Source: Caecitellus pseudoparvulus (lineage: Eukaryota; Protista; Bigyra: Bicosoecida). Taken from it: a stretch of DNA of 64,000 nucleotides. The translations under genes and the position numbers were made by a program. The first letter of the stretch is position 1; the number at the start of each line of letters is the position of its first letter. The DNA lies in the NCBI GenBank assembly GCA_965644315.1, contig CBFFRQ010000062.1:1-64000 (forward strand). Reading direction: 5' to 3'. Positions 51,085-63,396 of the stretch are shown in pieces. Under the pieces are notes generated by a model. That model saw nothing but the letters and a program-made list of their open reading frames with translations. It was not told the origin of the DNA and searched no databases.

Positions 51085-52672
51085 CTACGTGCCAGTACTG
51101 ACGCGGAAAGCCGTCAGGCGAGTAAAGAACTGTGCCCATGTCATGCTGTTCTCAGGCCGCCGGATGAAGGCCTTGTCGTGCACCTTGTTCTGCGAAGCGT
51201 GGTGCACGAGGAAACGCTCCCCCGCCTGCAGCGGAGTCACCTTCATGAACCCGCAGCGCTGGTACACGGCACTTGTGGCAGCGTCCATGAGGGGCTGTGA
51301 CCATGTCGGCGCAGCCCGCAGAAGGCAGCCTGACGCCGTCGCAACTGCCAGGTGCCGTGGGGTGACGATGTACCCGCCAGTGTGCACATTCATGGGCACC
51401 GCCCAGTCCACACGCCGCCACGTGTACACGAAGTAGCCTTCGTTGTGGGACAGCTCAGCATTCAGGAGATGTCTCGTGCTGCCCGCCCCACTTTGCCCAG
51501 CGGAGGGGTCGTACTCATACTGCTGCAAGCCCGGCAGCCAGTCTTGCGGCCACCCTTCCGCCTGCAGCAAGGAGTGCACCGCACGCCAGTGCCGCCGTTT
51601 GACGAGAAAATCGTCCTCCCACAACGACACCAAGTCCACCTCGCCCGCGTCAGCCAGGCCATGCAGTGCGCGCTGCGCCAGCCAAGGGAACATGTGGCCG
51701 GCTGAGGCAGGCAGCACTCGCGCAGTAAGGGCGCAGGATGCGTTTCCGGGCCCAATGTCGTGTAGCGCTGAGGCGAGCCAGGGCTGCACGGATGCTGTGA
51801 ACACCACGACATGCACGTGGGCGGGGCCGCCCCCACATGCCTCTCGCAGAGATGCCTGCACCAGCTCCTGCCGCGACGGGTCGGTGCTGTTGAAGTGGAT
51901 GATGCCATGCAGCACTGTGCGCAGCGGCGCAGTTTGAGTCGGGTCGTCGTTTGTCAGAGCCAGCCAACCATCCTCATGCGGAGTCTTCATGAAAAAGGGA
52001 GTGTGAGGAAAGGACGCGTTCTCGCGGACGATGACGGCCGTGGGCAGGAGCCAGGCGCTGCGGTGTGCCTTGGGCAGGTTCTGCCACTGCGCTGCCGAGG
52101 GCAGAGGTGTGTGCCAGGCAAGGGTGTCACGAAGGAATGCCAGGACACTCTCCTGGCACTGCGCCAGGTGCGATGCGCTTGCGTGGGGCATGCAGCCAGC
52201 ACAGAAGGCAGCTGCGGCCCATGGCGCACGCACACCCTTGTGGGTGTCAGTGTGGCAGCCGTGCTCCACAAGGCCGCCTGCGTTGCTCAGGGTCAAGGAG
52301 ACTTTGACTCGCTGCGACAGCAGCTTCCGTCCCCGTCCCAACAGCTCCTCCAGAGCCGTCACTGCGAAGTGGGGCGTGCGGCATCCCCGTGCGCCGTGGC
52401 ACAGAAGATCGCTGTGCTTCACGCTGCGCCTCTCCCCACGCACAAGCTGCCAGGGATTTGAAGCCGAGATGCGCCACAGCGCCGGCCGCCTCGGCCGTGA
52501 CATTCAGCTCTTGCCACTCTTTCGCTGGCGGCGACTTGGGCAACACCAGCGGTGTGCAGACTCCGTTCAATCCACAAATGGCAACATTTTGTTCGGTAAA
52601 CGTGTACGGCAGCTGCGTGGCAGCAGCGCAAACTGTCGCAAGCAGCAGCAGCAGCGCAAGGCTGCGTTTCAT
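51085..52672 (-). CDS. Secreted or Golgi GT-A-fold glycosyltransferase-like protein
   Basis: Signal peptide MKRSLALLLLLATVCAA. An intron 52443-52362 joins in frame, with a probable second in-frame 75-nt intron at about 52233-52159. Motifs DLVSLWEDDFLV, PGLQQYE, NVHTGGYIVT, FLVHHASQNK. Confidence 0.65.
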
Positions 52673-52832
52673 CGCGGTTTCAAACTACCAGGTGGAGCAC
52701 ACACGTAGCACAAGAATGCAGCAGCGAGTGTTAGCACATAGCGTGCATTGTGATGCGTTCCAAACAATGACACGGGCCTGTGGCGCGCACAGGTGTTCGC
52801 TGAACCCAAGGTCCCCCCCCCCTCAACCTCCC

Positions 52833-53844
52833 TCACCGCTCAAAGCCACTGTCAGTCATCCACTTGTCTGTGGAGGTGGACCTATACATCGTGCTCTGCA
52901 TGGTGCCGGGGTCCACGTAGGGGCCTGTGCTTGTGGCTGACGCGCGTGCCCGCAGCGCCTCCTCCTTGGCAGCCTTGGCGTCCCTTGCCGCCTGCGCCGC
53001 AGCGACGCGCTTCTTGTACTTGAGCTCGGCCTGCTTCGTGCGCCGCTTCATGAGCACGGCCTTGTACTCTGCTTCAGTCAGGACGATCTGGAACTCCAGG
53101 ACGTTGCCAGGCAGCCCCATGGGCTCCTCCTCCTCCTCCAGCTCCCCCGTGCCGCCTGAGCCAGACAGGCGCCGCTCCTCGGCGCTCTTTTCCCAGTCGT
53201 ACAGGGGCCCCTTGATGGTGGGCAGCTTCTTGGTCTTGGCCTTGGGTGCCCGGCGCATGGTGGGGAAGAGGTTGTCCGGCGTCGCGCCGTTGCGGCCGAA
53301 GGACAGGTACCAGGAGCGGAAGTCGCGGGGCGACAGCTTGCCATCAGGCTGCCCCTTGGACAGCTCCGCGTACACCGCCACCACCAACTCGTCGGACAGC
53401 CCCCGCATGTTCTTGGCGCCGCCATTCATCAACCACGCTCGCAGCTCCTCCATGCTCAGGCGGCTGTCTTCCCGCACGCGCCGGCTGCGAGTGCGGCCCT
53501 TGCCCACGGCGCCGCTGCGTGCCGGCGTTTCATGCAGCAGCTTGCGCAGCTTCATACGCTGCTTCTCGAAGATGATGGCGCGCTCGTCGTCGGCGTGGTT
53601 CACGCCGAAGGCTTCCAGGGCATCGATGCGGTCCTGGATGCTGGCCCGCAGCTCCTGCAGCCCTGCGTGGTTGCCCTGCGCGAAAGAGCCCAGGCCGCTT
53701 GCTGCAGTGCCGCAACTTGCCTTGCAAGCGCCCCTCCGCCTGCACACGCACCTCTTCCTTCAGCTTCGCGTACAGCTCGCTGCACTTGCGGGTCTCTGCC
53801 TGCAGCCCCGCGGCGTGCCACAGCTCCAATGGCTTCCACTCCAT
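52833..53844 (-). CDS. Hypothetical protein with degenerate EF-hand-like segments
   Basis: Exons 53844-53752 and 53675-52833 join in frame. DSRLSMEEL and DGKLSPRDF are EF-like loops; C-terminal PYVDP...YR....KW...GF. Confidence 0.65.
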
Positions 53845-54251
53845 GCCGCCTGTTTGTGAAGCGTGCCTTGCTCCAGGTGCAAGGTGCCGCTGGTGTGCCA
53901 GCGGCGCGCGGTGGACGGCTGTGCGCCTGCTCAAGCGGGCTCTGGCAAGGGTAAGGGCCGCGTGACGTCCTGTGTGGATTTCGGAACAGCGCGGGGGCCT
54001 TGTGCAATTCAGGTTTTGGCGGCGGCAGAGCTCGGCGTGTGCTGCGTGCAGGGGGCGTGTTGTGCTTGGCGTTTCGTACCCTCTTCGCCTGCGCCCCCTG
54101 TCCCCTCAGGCAGCGGGTAACCTTCAAAAAAGAAATAACGCCTGCACCCATCGTTGCAGTTGGCTCCGACGGCGGGTTGCTGCAGCAGGCTTGTTTCCAC
54201 TCCCCCACACAGCCAAGCGAGGCGTGCCAGCGTTTCAAGCAGCGTTTCGCC

Positions 54252-56879
54252 ATGGCTGCTTCACACTCGCGAATTGACAGGCTGCACCACTTGCAGGTGA
54301 GCAACTGCACCCCAGGCCCACGCAATCGGCACCTAGCTTTCACTGGCTTACTCCCCTCCCTTCCCAGAACGTCATCAAAAGGGACCCCACGGCGTACCGC
54401 GATGAGTTCTTGCTGCAGGTGAGGCTGGCGATTTCCGCAAGTGTTCACGCCGCCTGCAACGCCGCTCGCCGCTCGCCCCTTGTGCAGTACCGCAACTACA
54501 AGGCGGAGATGGAGATCTTCGCCTTGAACCCCTCTTCAGAGGCCAAGTCCCTCATCGAAGTGGTCGCCTTCATCTCCCACGTCGCTTCGTGCTACCCGAA
54601 GGTGAGCTGGCCGATGGCCCTGCCCTTGACCCCGTCGCCACCGCAGCCGCCGCCACCACCCCCCACAGGAGACCGAGGACTTCGCCGAGGACATCATGGG
54701 CGTGCTGTCCAAGTCAGCTGCACTCCTGCACGTGGAAGTGCGGCGGGGCATGGTCATGGCCCTGCTCCTCATGCGCAACCGCGGCATGATCCCCGCCCTG
54801 CCCCTGCTGAAGCTGTTCTTCCAGCTCTTCCGCGTGCAGGACAAGCTCATGCGGGAGGTGGTCTTCTCCCACATCATCGCAGACATCAAGAACCTGAACC
54901 GCCCGTCTGGCGGCACCGGCAGCCGCCGCAAGGTGAAGCTGCACCCATCCGAGGGCAACCGCTCCGCCGTGAACCGGGCGCTGCAGAGCTTCATGTACAC
55001 CATGCTGCAGGACACCTCCACCGCCGCCGCCCGCAAGAGCATGGACGTGCTCATTGAGCTCTTCCGCCGCCGCATCTGGACAGACGCGCGCACTGTCAAC
55101 GCCATCGCCGGCGGCTGCGTGTCGGGGCAGGTGAAGCTGGTGGTGCCTGCTTGCCGCTTCCTGTGCGGGGAGCTGGACCTGGAGGAGGAGGATGAGCCGG
55201 ACAGCGAGGACGAGGCGGAGATGGAGCGCAAGGCGCAAGCGTACCGCAAAGCGCACCGGCCCAACGCCTCAGACCTGCACCTGTACTCCAAAAAGACACG
55301 CAAACGTGCCCGGCAGGCCAAGCGCAACATCGCCAAGATGCGCATGCGCACGGTGCGCCCAGAGGACAAGGCCAAGACCGTCTTCCCCGCCATCTCCATG
55401 CTGCACGACCCGCAGGGGCTTGCTGAGCGCATGTTGCGTGGCGTGCGCGGCAACAAATTCCGCTTCGAGGTGCGCCTGCTGATGCTGAACACCATCACGC
55501 GCACGGTGGGGCAGCACAAGCTGGTGGTGCTGGGGCTGTACCCCTTCCTGCAGCGGTACCTGACGGCCCACCAGCGCCACGTGACGTCCGTCATGGCGTA
55601 CCTCATCCAGGCCTGCCACGAGGCCGTGCCGCCGTCGGAGCTGCTGCCCGTGGTGAAGGGCATCGCCAATACCTTCATCACGGAGCGGTGCCCGCCAGAG
55701 GTCATGCAGGTGGGCCTGAACGCCGTGAAAGAGGTCATCGCCCGCGCACCTGCCCTGCTGGAGGAGGAGGGCGCCCAGGACCTCGTGCAGGACCTGGTGC
55801 TGTACCGCAAGGACCGCGACAAGGGCGTCGTCATGGCGTCACGGGGCATCCTGAACACGGTGCGGGAGCTGTACCCCACCCTGCTGGCGCGCAAGGACCG
55901 CGGCAAGGGCCACGACGCCGACGCCGTGCCCACTGCCTTCGGCGCCCTGCCGGTGGTCAGCGATGTGCTGGGGGCGGACCTGCTGGCAGCCGAGCGCGCG
56001 CTGGCAGGAAAGGGCGTGGGGAATGAGGACGACGACGAGGACGCGTGGAAGGTGGCGGCTGCTGCGGCAGGGGACGGCGACAGCAGTGACTGGGAGGACG
56101 TCAGCGACGAGGAGGGCGCCGCACCGGCGGCACAGGGCGGCGGCGGCGCCTTGGAAGGGTGGGAGGAAGACCGCCCAGAGCCGCTGTGGGCCCGCAGACA
56201 GCGCCTGCGCCGAGAACGCCGGGAGCGTGAAGCTGCTCTGGCGGCAGGGGCAGCAGCGCCAGACGCCAGTGCGGAAAAAGAAGCCTCTGAAGGCGGTGAG
56301 GGCAGCGAGGAACACGGCAGCGAAAGCGAAGAAGAGGAGGAGGAGACGGGCCATGCTGACGATGGCAGTGGTGGGCAGGCCGCAGCGCCTGCGCTGCCTG
56401 TGGCTGCCATGCGGTTTTTGACGCCTGCTGACTTTGAGCGGCTGAAGGCGCTGCGCAGCGCTGCCTCCGACCGAGTGCGCCGCGGCACCAAGCGGCCCCG
56501 CGCAGGGGATGGCCCAGACATTGAAGATGTCGTGGCCATGGCACTGAAGGCTGCAGAGGCGAATTCTGCCGCAGTGGTGGGCTTCAACCCAGACGACATC
56601 GAGTCAGGGCGCACGCTGAAGAAGCGGCAACAGGCGGAGCGCGCGCTGGAAGTGCGTGCCACGACAGGCAGCAAGCGCGACTGGCAGCCCAACCGAGCAG
56701 GTGGCAGCACCAATGCTGAGAAGGCTCGCAGCAAGAACTACATGATGCTGCGCAAGAGCCGCGACGTGCAGATGAAGATGAAGAGCAGCCTGGTGGAGCA
56801 GAAACGCACCATCCGCAAGCACATGACTGCCATCAGCAAGCAGACCAAGCACGAGCGCCGCAAGCGCCGCCGCAAGTGA
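54252..56879 (+). CDS. SDA1: Protein SDA1 (60S biogenesis/export factor)
   Basis: LQNVIKRDP.AY.DEFLLQ, FISHVASCY, IWTDARTVN, LYPFLQRYL..HQRHVT, VGLNAVKE, KDRG, GSTNAEKARSKNYMM. Exons 54252-54296, 54368-54418, 54488-54601 and 54669-56879. Confidence 0.96.
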
Positions 56880-56883
56880 GGAC

Positions 56884-56891
56884 AATGCATT
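56884..56891. terminator. AATGCATT palindrome between convergent stops (candidate 3'-end/poly(A) signal)
   Basis: Occupies 8 of the 12 bp between the SDA1 and NAXD stop codons. Confidence 0.55.
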
Positions 56892-58103
56892 TCACGAGTC
56901 GCGTTCAGGGAAAAGCTGCATGAAAGCGCTGGGCAGGCTGGCGATGATGTCGGGAGTGGTCGTTCCGCGGCCGTGCGATGCGAAGGCGGCAGACGCCGCT
57001 GTGCGGGTCAGTGCAGATGCGCCCGCCATGGCCGCCACCAGTCGATGTGCGTCTGGTTGGGCGTGGGTCCACCCCGATCCATCTTCGGCGGGGCGCATGG
57101 CCGCCCAGGAGAGGAAAGTGGCCAATGTGCCCGCCAGCACGTCACCCTGCCCTCCACACCGCCGCGGCGACGGGGTGTACTGAGAACTCACGCTGGAGTC
57201 AGGCCAGTGTCCCGTCACGGCAGAGAACCCCGCATCCCCCGCCACAGCCACTGCAAAGAAGTCCACAGGGCCCTTTGCCAAGATGCCCAGCCCGCCCAGT
57301 GTGTGGGACAGTGCTGCCGCGCCAGGCTCCGATGGCGTGTTGGCGGTGGCCACATCTGCGCCGGCAGCCTGCATCGCACTTTCAAACGCCGGCCCTAGCT
57401 TAGCATCGTCCAGGACAGCTTGAACCAGGCGCTTGTACTCGGCCACGTTGGGTGTCAGGACGCCAATGCCGCCTGCCGCCGCGAAGCTGGCCACGTTGCT
57501 GCCCACTGTGGCCAAGCCATCTGCGTCCACCACGACAGGCACACGTGCCTTCAGCAGGTCAAGCAGGACTTCCGCTGCTGCGGGGTTTGTGGCACGAGCG
57601 AGGCCCATGCCAGGCCCCCACACTGCGCTGGACAGTTTGGGCTGCAGCTGGGTCAGGTGCTGCGCGAGGGTCAGCCGCGCCTGTGCAGGCGGCGCAGAGG
57701 CAACCACCCCGGACGGCTGCACTTGTGCACTGGCTTGTGCTTGTTCACATGAGCTAGCCAGGGGGCTTGGCAGGACGATGAGCTCAGGGGAGTAGGCTTT
57801 GATGGGGGCTGCGGCAGCAGGGGCACACAACACCCACGCCAAGTCGGCCCCCGTCTTCAGAGCTGCAGGGCGAAGTGGCACGGGCATGCAGGGTGTAAGA
57901 GAGGTGCAGCTTGTGTGTGCCCTTCATCAGCGGCACTGACCAGAAGTGGCGGCGTAGTACGGCGCTCCAGTGTACTCGAAGGAGCCACCCATGATGGCCA
58001 CTCGGCCGTGGCTGCCCTTGTGGTGAGGGACAGACCATGCAGGAATGAGGGAAGACGCGGCAACTGTGCACTCCATAAGAGGCTTTGAGCGGGCTGCAGC
58101 CAT
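56892..58103 (-). CDS. NAXD: ATP-dependent NAD(P)H-hydrate dehydratase
   Basis: HKGSHGRVAIMGGSFEYTGAPYYAA, IKAYSPELIV, GPGMG, VDADGL, LTPN..E, RRCGGQGDVLAG; intron 57940-57863. Confidence 0.95.
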
Positions 58104-58324
58104 GGCGAGAGAGAGCGTAGTCAGGAAATACCAGGCTCGGAGCATGTGGTGCGGAGTTTGGCTGCCTGCAGCTCACCACGCCAGGCAGCGAGGGGGCTCC
58201 AAGGCGCGCCACTCAGGGGGCAGACGGTAGGCTATGAACACCTTGCGCGCTCAAAGTAGTCATGCTGGCTGGTGTGCAAGTAAGAGAGCTGTGCTGTGGA
58301 GAGAAATGTAATTTAGGAAGCGCT

Positions 58325-60038
58325 CTACGCTGGGATGTAGTGCTCCACGAGAGCAGGCACTGGGTTGCCAGTCTCCACACCAGTGGCACTGTCGCCGTGG
58401 GACGCGCTGCCAGCAATGTCCAGGTGCGTGTATGCGATGGGGGTGTCCTTGTTGGCCGTGCCGTGCTCGGCCAGGCCTGACGCCATGGCCAGGAAGGCGG
58501 CGGGGAACTGGTGTCCACGGGGCGTGCGGCTGGAGGGCAGGTGGTTGCACTGCACGACGTCGTGATCGTCCCGCACGCGGGGCGTGACGACGGCGAAGTC
58601 CTCCCTGCGCAGGGTGGACACCTCGAAGGGGTCGGCGATGGCGTCGCCCGCTTGCACCAGCGCCTGGGACACGCCGGCAGCCTTGGACACGCCGTTGTCC
58701 AGGCAGATGTTGTACACGCCGTACGCGATGACGGCGTGCCCAGTCAGGGTGGCGATGCTGTGCACCGTGGTGGGGATGCCGGCGCCAGGGCCAGCGGCGT
58801 AGTCGCCCAGGATCTCCTCGCGGATGTGGGAGAGCAGGTCGCACATGACCATGCGACCCTCTGCGTCGGTGTTCACGACCAGCACGCGCTTGCCGGCGTG
58901 GGAGGTGATGATCTCGTCTGCAACGTACATGGTGCTGCCCACGTCGTTGCGCACGAAGCCCAGGTAGGCCACAGCCCGCAGGCCGGCGGGGGCGAGCTCT
59001 GCCACTGAGCGCATGAAGCCGGCAGCGGCAGCGGCACCGCCACAGTCGTGCTTCATGCCTGCCATGATGCCGCCTGCCTTGATGTCGGCACCCCCCGTGT
59101 CGTACGTGATGCCCTTGCCTGCGAAGAAGACCTGCTTCTCAATGGGGCCGGCGCCCTTGTACTCCACGCGCAGGATGGCGGGGTGGTGCAGGGGGTTCAG
59201 CTCCGAAGCACGCGCGACGGCGTAGGCACAGGGGTAGCCCGCCTTGACCTCATCCAGGGCAGTGGTGCAGGTGATGGTGACGCCCGGCACGCCTGCGAAG
59301 ACGGCCTTCACGTACTCGGCGGCGTTCAGGTTGGTCATGCGCGCAGGGTCAGCGCCGCAGATGTCACGCGCGACACGGCGGCCCAGCTCCATGCCAGCCA
59401 GGCGTGTGAGCAGGGCGGGCAGCTTGTCCGCTGCACTGGGCAGGGGCAGGAAGCCCAGCTTCACGATGGGCTGCGCCACTGCAGCACCCTTGAACTCCCG
59501 AGTCTGCAGCGGGCTGTACTGGGCAAAGGCGGCACCCAGCACCAGCACCTCCTGCGCCTTGGGGAACCCTGCCCCCTCCAGGTTGGGGTCGGCGACGATG
59601 ATGGGGGCGGTGGCGCCGGCGGCCTTGGCGCGCGCCACACCCTTCTCAGCAGCGTCAAACAGCGCACGAACGTCATCCTGGCACCTGTCCAGAGGGCCGG
59701 TGGGGGACACGATCAGGCGAGAGCCGGAGACACCCTGCACGTGGTGCAGCGTCACGCTGCTGCTGACGGCCTTGTCCACCTGTGGAAGGGCGCAGGGCAG
59801 AGAACACTTGCGTGCAGGGTGAGGTGGCGTGCACTGCACCACGCCGACGCACGGCCACGAGCTGGGGAAGAAGGGCGCCGATGGGCTCAGGGACAGCCCC
59901 TGGCTTGCTGGCATCGCCGGTGACAAAAACGACTGCGTCGTACTCTGCGTCGTTGGCTGAGCCGACGCCGGCCAGGGCAGGCACGGTGGGCAGCGCGTCG
60001 GCTGCAGGCGCATAGCTGACGGACGTGGTGGCTGCCAT
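58325..60038 (-). CDS. M17-family leucyl (cytosol) aminopeptidase
   Basis: GKGITYDTGG.DIK, MKHDCGGAA, NTDAEGR, ATLTG, HLDIAG; intron 59852-59780. Confidence 0.95.
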
Positions 60039-60576
60039 GGTGACACAAGGTGAGGCTCACACAGACAACAGCGGCAGTGGGCGGCATGTCAGGGGGCAAC
60101 GTGGGTGGAAGGGGTTCGGAAAAGTGTCATGGTGTGGCACCTGGCACCCTGCCTTTGCAGTGTGGGGGGGTGCCAGTGCGCATCCACGGTGACTGGCATG
60201 ACTGCCAGGAGCAAAGAGTTGAAATAGAGCACTCAACCAGGGCCTCATACCTTCCACCGTCTCACATCCCACAAGATTCCAAGTGAATGTCACAAAGTTC
60301 GCCCAACACTGGCGTCCGCGTCTCGGCAGCATCCCAGCGCACCTCGTGGACCTCCACTTCGTGAGGCGACCTTCACTCGGGCGAGCTGGCAACAAACTGG
60401 ACTGCCCAGGTTACCGCCGCATCCGGCCCACGCACGGAGCTGTCTCACGAGTTCGCTCATCTGTGGCACTCGCTCCTGCCGCGCTTTTTCTCCCCCGACG
60501 ACTGCATTGCAGGCACGGCGCTCGTTCCAGCGTCGCTGGGAGAGTGCCGTCGTGACTACACGTGTCGGAGCAGAGC

Positions 60577-61255
60577 ATGGCTGCGGAGGGAAGTGCTCCG
60601 CGTGCACATGCAAGTGGTGGTCTGGGCGCCCCGACCGCCCTGCAGCGGCTGGCAGCCTTCACGCAGGGTGTGCGCCAGCACATGCAGCAACCAGGCAGCA
60701 GCTTGCCAGCACACCTGCGCCAGGACGCACCCCGCCCTGCGCCTGTTGAGCTGCCAGAGGAGGCGTTCATGGAAGGCAACCCTGACTTGTTCAGAAATCT
60801 CTGCTTGGCTGCTGGCGTCCGGGATCGAGCCCGCTGCTCCGTTGACGTGTATGGAGCAACACATGCCGGTGCGGATTTTGAGGAGCTGCGGTCCAGGCAA
60901 GATGCCCAGCACCTCCAGAAACAGTGCGTGCATGCAGCCCACCGCCTGCCGCTGCCCTCCTCCATACACATCCCTGCCGCGTGCTGCTCACCGCCCCTGT
61001 CCCGGCCACTGCAGAGCAGCCCGAGCAGCTGCCTGGCTTCGGGAAGGCAAAGTGGACTCGGCGCTTCGAGTGACAGAGGCAGTCTTGCAAGTTGCCCCCG
61101 AGCACGTGGATGCCTTGGTCATTCAAGGGGCTGCTTTGGCGCGGCGGGGAGATGTCGCTGGGGCGGCTCGTGACCTGCGAGCTGCCCTGGCCCTTCAGCC
61201 TTCGCACGCTGACGCCCAGGCGTACCTTGCCAAGGTCACTGCTCCGCCTGCTTGA
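60577..61255 (+). CDS. Small TPR protein, TTC14-like
   Basis: Exons 60577-60923 and 61015-61255. FEELRSRQ followed by TPR helices VLQVAPEHVDALVIQGAA...DLRAALALQPSHADAQAYL. Confidence 0.7.
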
Positions 61256-61791
61256 GGCACAGAGGGAGTTCTCGGAAGCTCATGTCAGGGTTGTGCTGTG
61301 TGGCCCCTTGCAGCACCTGTGAGTTCCCTCCTCAGTCCGTTGACTCGCCAGGTCAGCAAGCTGCAACAGCTAGCCACCGACTCTCGGCAAAGCCCTGAGC
61401 ACGGTGCTCCAGAGCACCCCGCAGATGGGTCGGCGGTGGGCATAATTTTAGGTGCAGATGGTATGCGAGGGGTGTGCAGCGCCGCAGTGAGCAGCGCGGC
61501 ACGTTGCGGAGGCAGTGATGTGGCGGTGAGCAAGCCCCTGCATCAGGACGCCGCACAGAGTGAGCGCCAGGCTCGGGCAATGCACCACTCCGCTGCCCGG
61601 AGCACATCACACTCACTCCAAACCCGCATTCCCGTGTCTGCAAGCGCCTGCCTGCCTTGAGCTCCAGTTGCTCTCGTGTGCCCAGCTAGCATCACCTGTG
61701 AGTCCAGTGCCGCAGCGACGGCGCGCCACACCAGCTGCCACACGCATCAAGTGCTCGCACACGCACTCCGCCGCACCCGCGCAGACTCACC

Positions 61792-63313
61792 ATGGCCTAC
61801 TTCGATAGCGTGGCAAAGTCCACCAAGGACTTCTTCAAGCGGGTGCGTGAGGGGAGCGTGCGCTGTGAGCGCCGTGAACGGGCAGCGGGCACTGACATGT
61901 CCGGCACACACGCCCAAGCCGCGTCCCTGCCCCCCCGACCTCGCTGCACGCCCCACATGCTCTTGTTCGCCGCAGTCTTTCAGCAAGGACAGCACCGTCG
62001 AGTTCTCCGCCAAGGCAGACAACGGTGTGGTGCGTGCAACGCCGATGCAGGCGCGCCCCACTTCCAGCGTGTTACCCAAGCGCCACGTTGCACGTGCTGG
62101 CGCACCGTGCTGACGTCGGTGGCACGCTTTGGACAGTGCTAGTGGTGTGCAGCTGTGTGCAGCGCCATCTTGGCGCCTTTCATGCTTCGCCGAGGCGTGC
62201 ACGCTGCAGCAGCCGCAGAGTGTGCTGCTTGCCCAAAGACCGCAGACGTACCTCAAAACGCTCCCCCGGCACCGTGCTCCGCCTCTCCCCACGGCGCAGA
62301 AGGTCACCCTGGATGGTGGCGTGAAGACCAAGGTCAAGGTGGACAAGGCCACCAAGGCCGAGTCCGTCTCCAAGACTGGCTCCACCTCCATCAAGCTGGA
62401 GTACAAGAAGGTGAGTTGGTGGACGCCGAAGCGTTGAGGCAGCAACGCCAACGGCATGCTTGCGTTGCGCCTGCCACTGCCCCAGCACCGCCCGCCCCGC
62501 GCGCGTGACAGACCCCCGTGTCTCTGGACAAGCTGGAGGTTGCCTCTGCCGGCACTGTCAAGGCTGACATCAGGTGCGTGCGCTGGAAGCGCCGGTCAGC
62601 TTGCAGCGCTCGGCAGCACTGCACTTGCTCGCCCCCCTCCCAGCGTGCCCGACCTGGTGCCCAACACCAAGATCACCTTCAAGGTGGAGGACGGCCATGC
62701 TGCTGGCGCCAACACCTCCGGCAAGTTCGGCGTGGAGACTGTGCAGGACTTCGGCGTCAGCGCCGGCGTCAAGGCTGAGCTGGACGCCGTGCAGGGCGAC
62801 GGCTCCTTCTCCCTGCTGCTGAAGAAGTCTGGCGTCCTGGTGGGCGCCTCCACCGCCTTCACCACCCCCCTGGCCCCCGTGGCTGCCCCCGCTGAGGGCG
62901 AGAAGGCCAAGGCCGCGTCCTTCGCCCTCACCGACTACGACGCCGTGCTGGGGTACACCACTGGCGCCGCCACCTTCGCCGTGCAGAGCGAGAAGAAGTT
63001 CTCCGCCGCCACCGGCTACGTGCACGCTGAGGTGACTCCCCAGGTGAAGGTTGCAGGCAAGGCCACCGTGTCCCTGGCCGGCAAGGCCAAGGGCCCCGGC
63101 TCCCCCATCAAGGGTGCCATCGGCGGCAGCTACGTCGTGGACAAGGACGTGACGCTGTACGGCGCCGTCTCCGACGCTGCTGTGCTGCAGGGTGCCGCTG
63201 TGCTGCAGGTGGCGCCCAAGGCCACCCTCACCGTGTACGGCGAGATCGACGCCCTGAACGTGGAGCAGGACGGCAAGCACTTCTTCGGCACCAAGCTGGC
63301 CCTGCGCGCGTAA
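61792..63313 (+). CDS. VDAC: Mitochondrial outer-membrane porin (VDAC)
   Basis: N-terminal helix MAYFDSVAKSTKDFF, alternating beta-strand pattern, C-terminal HFFGTKLAL, strong C/G-ending codon bias. Exons 61792-61842, 61976-62029, 62300-62410, 62512-62573 and 62644-63313. Confidence 0.9.
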
Positions 63314-63383
63314 AGTGCGTGTGTACTGTGCACTCCGCTCCCTGCCTGCACCACCGGTGCCTGGTCGGGGGCGGGCCGCGACA

Positions 63384-63391
63384 AATGCATT
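63384..63391. terminator. AATGCATT palindrome between convergent stops (candidate 3'-end/poly(A) signal)
   Basis: Lies in the 83-bp gap between the VDAC and UTP18 stop codons. Confidence 0.5.
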
Positions 63392-63396
63392 CCAGC

